Assembly: GCA_035499455.1 (NCBI GenBank)
Contig: DATJYS010000005.1
Coordinates: 551,348 to 615,347 of the forward strand
Reading direction: 5' to 3'
Length of the DNA stretch: 64,000 nucleotides
From: Thermoplasmata archaeon
Lineage (GTDB): Archaea > Thermoplasmatota > Thermoplasmata > Lutacidiplasmatales > UBA184
This document shows, in pieces, positions 63,575 to 64,000 of the stretch; the stretch's first letter is position 1, and each line of letters opens with the position of its first letter. The notes under the pieces were generated by a model that ran no database searches, was not told the DNA's origin, and saw nothing but the letters and a program-made list of their open reading frames with translations. The position numbers and the translations under genes are program-made.

Positions 63575-64000
63575 TGCTGCCCGCCTTCTCCCTCATCCGA
63601 CGCGAGTACCTGCGGTGGATCCGGGCCCCGACCTGGGTGATCTCCGGGCTCATGAGCCCGATCCTGTATCTCCTTCTGTTCGGCCAGGCGTTCGACCTCG
63701 GGAAGCTGCTCCCGGCTGGAACGCCGCCGGGTGTTCTGGCGCAGGTGCTGTCCGGCGCCCCGAACTACTTCTCGTACTTCGCGGTCGGGATGGTGGCGTT
63801 CGCGAGCGTCACCGCGGCGATGTTCTCCGGGACCGGGATCATCTTCGACAAGCAGCTCGGGATCCTCCAGCGCATCCTCTCCACGCCGATCTCGCGCCGC
63901 TCCGTCTTCCTCTCTTCCCTGGTGTTCCGGGGGATGCTGACGCTCATCCCCGCCTTCCTCGTCGTGGGGTTCGCCTTCCTGCTCGTCCACGTGCCGGGGG
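63571..64000 (+). CDS. ABC-2-type transporter permease (partial, runs off the window end)
   Basis: Its ATG overlaps the upstream TGA (ATGA). Hydrophobic N-terminus. Confidence 0.6.
   Translation, partial: MMLPAFSLIRREYLRWIRAPTWVISGLMSPILYLLLFGQAFDLGKLLPAGTPPGVLAQVLSGAPNYFSYFAVGMVAFASVTAAMFSGTGIIFDKQLGILQRILSTPISRRSVFLSSLVFRGMLTLIPAFLVVGFAFLLVHVPG

Overview
This is a high-GC (about 70%) archaeal chromosome segment. The archaeal assignment rests on a group II chaperonin (thermosome), aIF2-beta, RpoF, L21e, Pus10, NikR, deoxyhypusine synthase, a LysW carrier-protein pathway and archaeal-type TATA boxes. First genes of units look leaderless, internal genes carry Shine-Dalgarno sequences, and many adjacent genes share 4-nt ATGA/GTGA stop-start overlaps. 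The lineage is probably Thermoplasmatota-like, but that is inference. Most of the window is core genome, in this order:
- glycogen debranching enzyme;
- a NiCoT-NikR-M29 aminopeptidase module;
- an eight-gene argG-argH-lysWXYZJK operon with a divergent ACT-domain regulator;
- pirin, a ZIP transporter and a metal-regulator-like pair;
- two convergent giant secreted repeat proteins;
- tRNA-Lys(CUU) next to deoxyhypusine synthase;
- a presenilin-like intramembrane protease, aIF2-beta-TRAM, ValRS, MetRS, class II LysRS and the thermosome;
- the conserved pus10-rpl21e-rpoF-DUF655-ksgA block;
- XerA and ThyX.
The accessory part lies downstream of tRNA-Cys(GCA) at 54.2-60.7 kb. Two tandem lower-GC islands are delimited by three direct copies (20-21 nt) of the tRNA-Cys 3' end. 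Island 1 carries an intact RelE/ParE-antitoxin module with a perfect palindromic operator. Island 2 carries a DtxR-family regulator plus a TroA/ZnuA-type metal ABC importer whose permease has an extra membrane domain. Neither island has an integrase. Many long ORFs on the opposite strands of real genes are GC-driven artefacts and were rejected.
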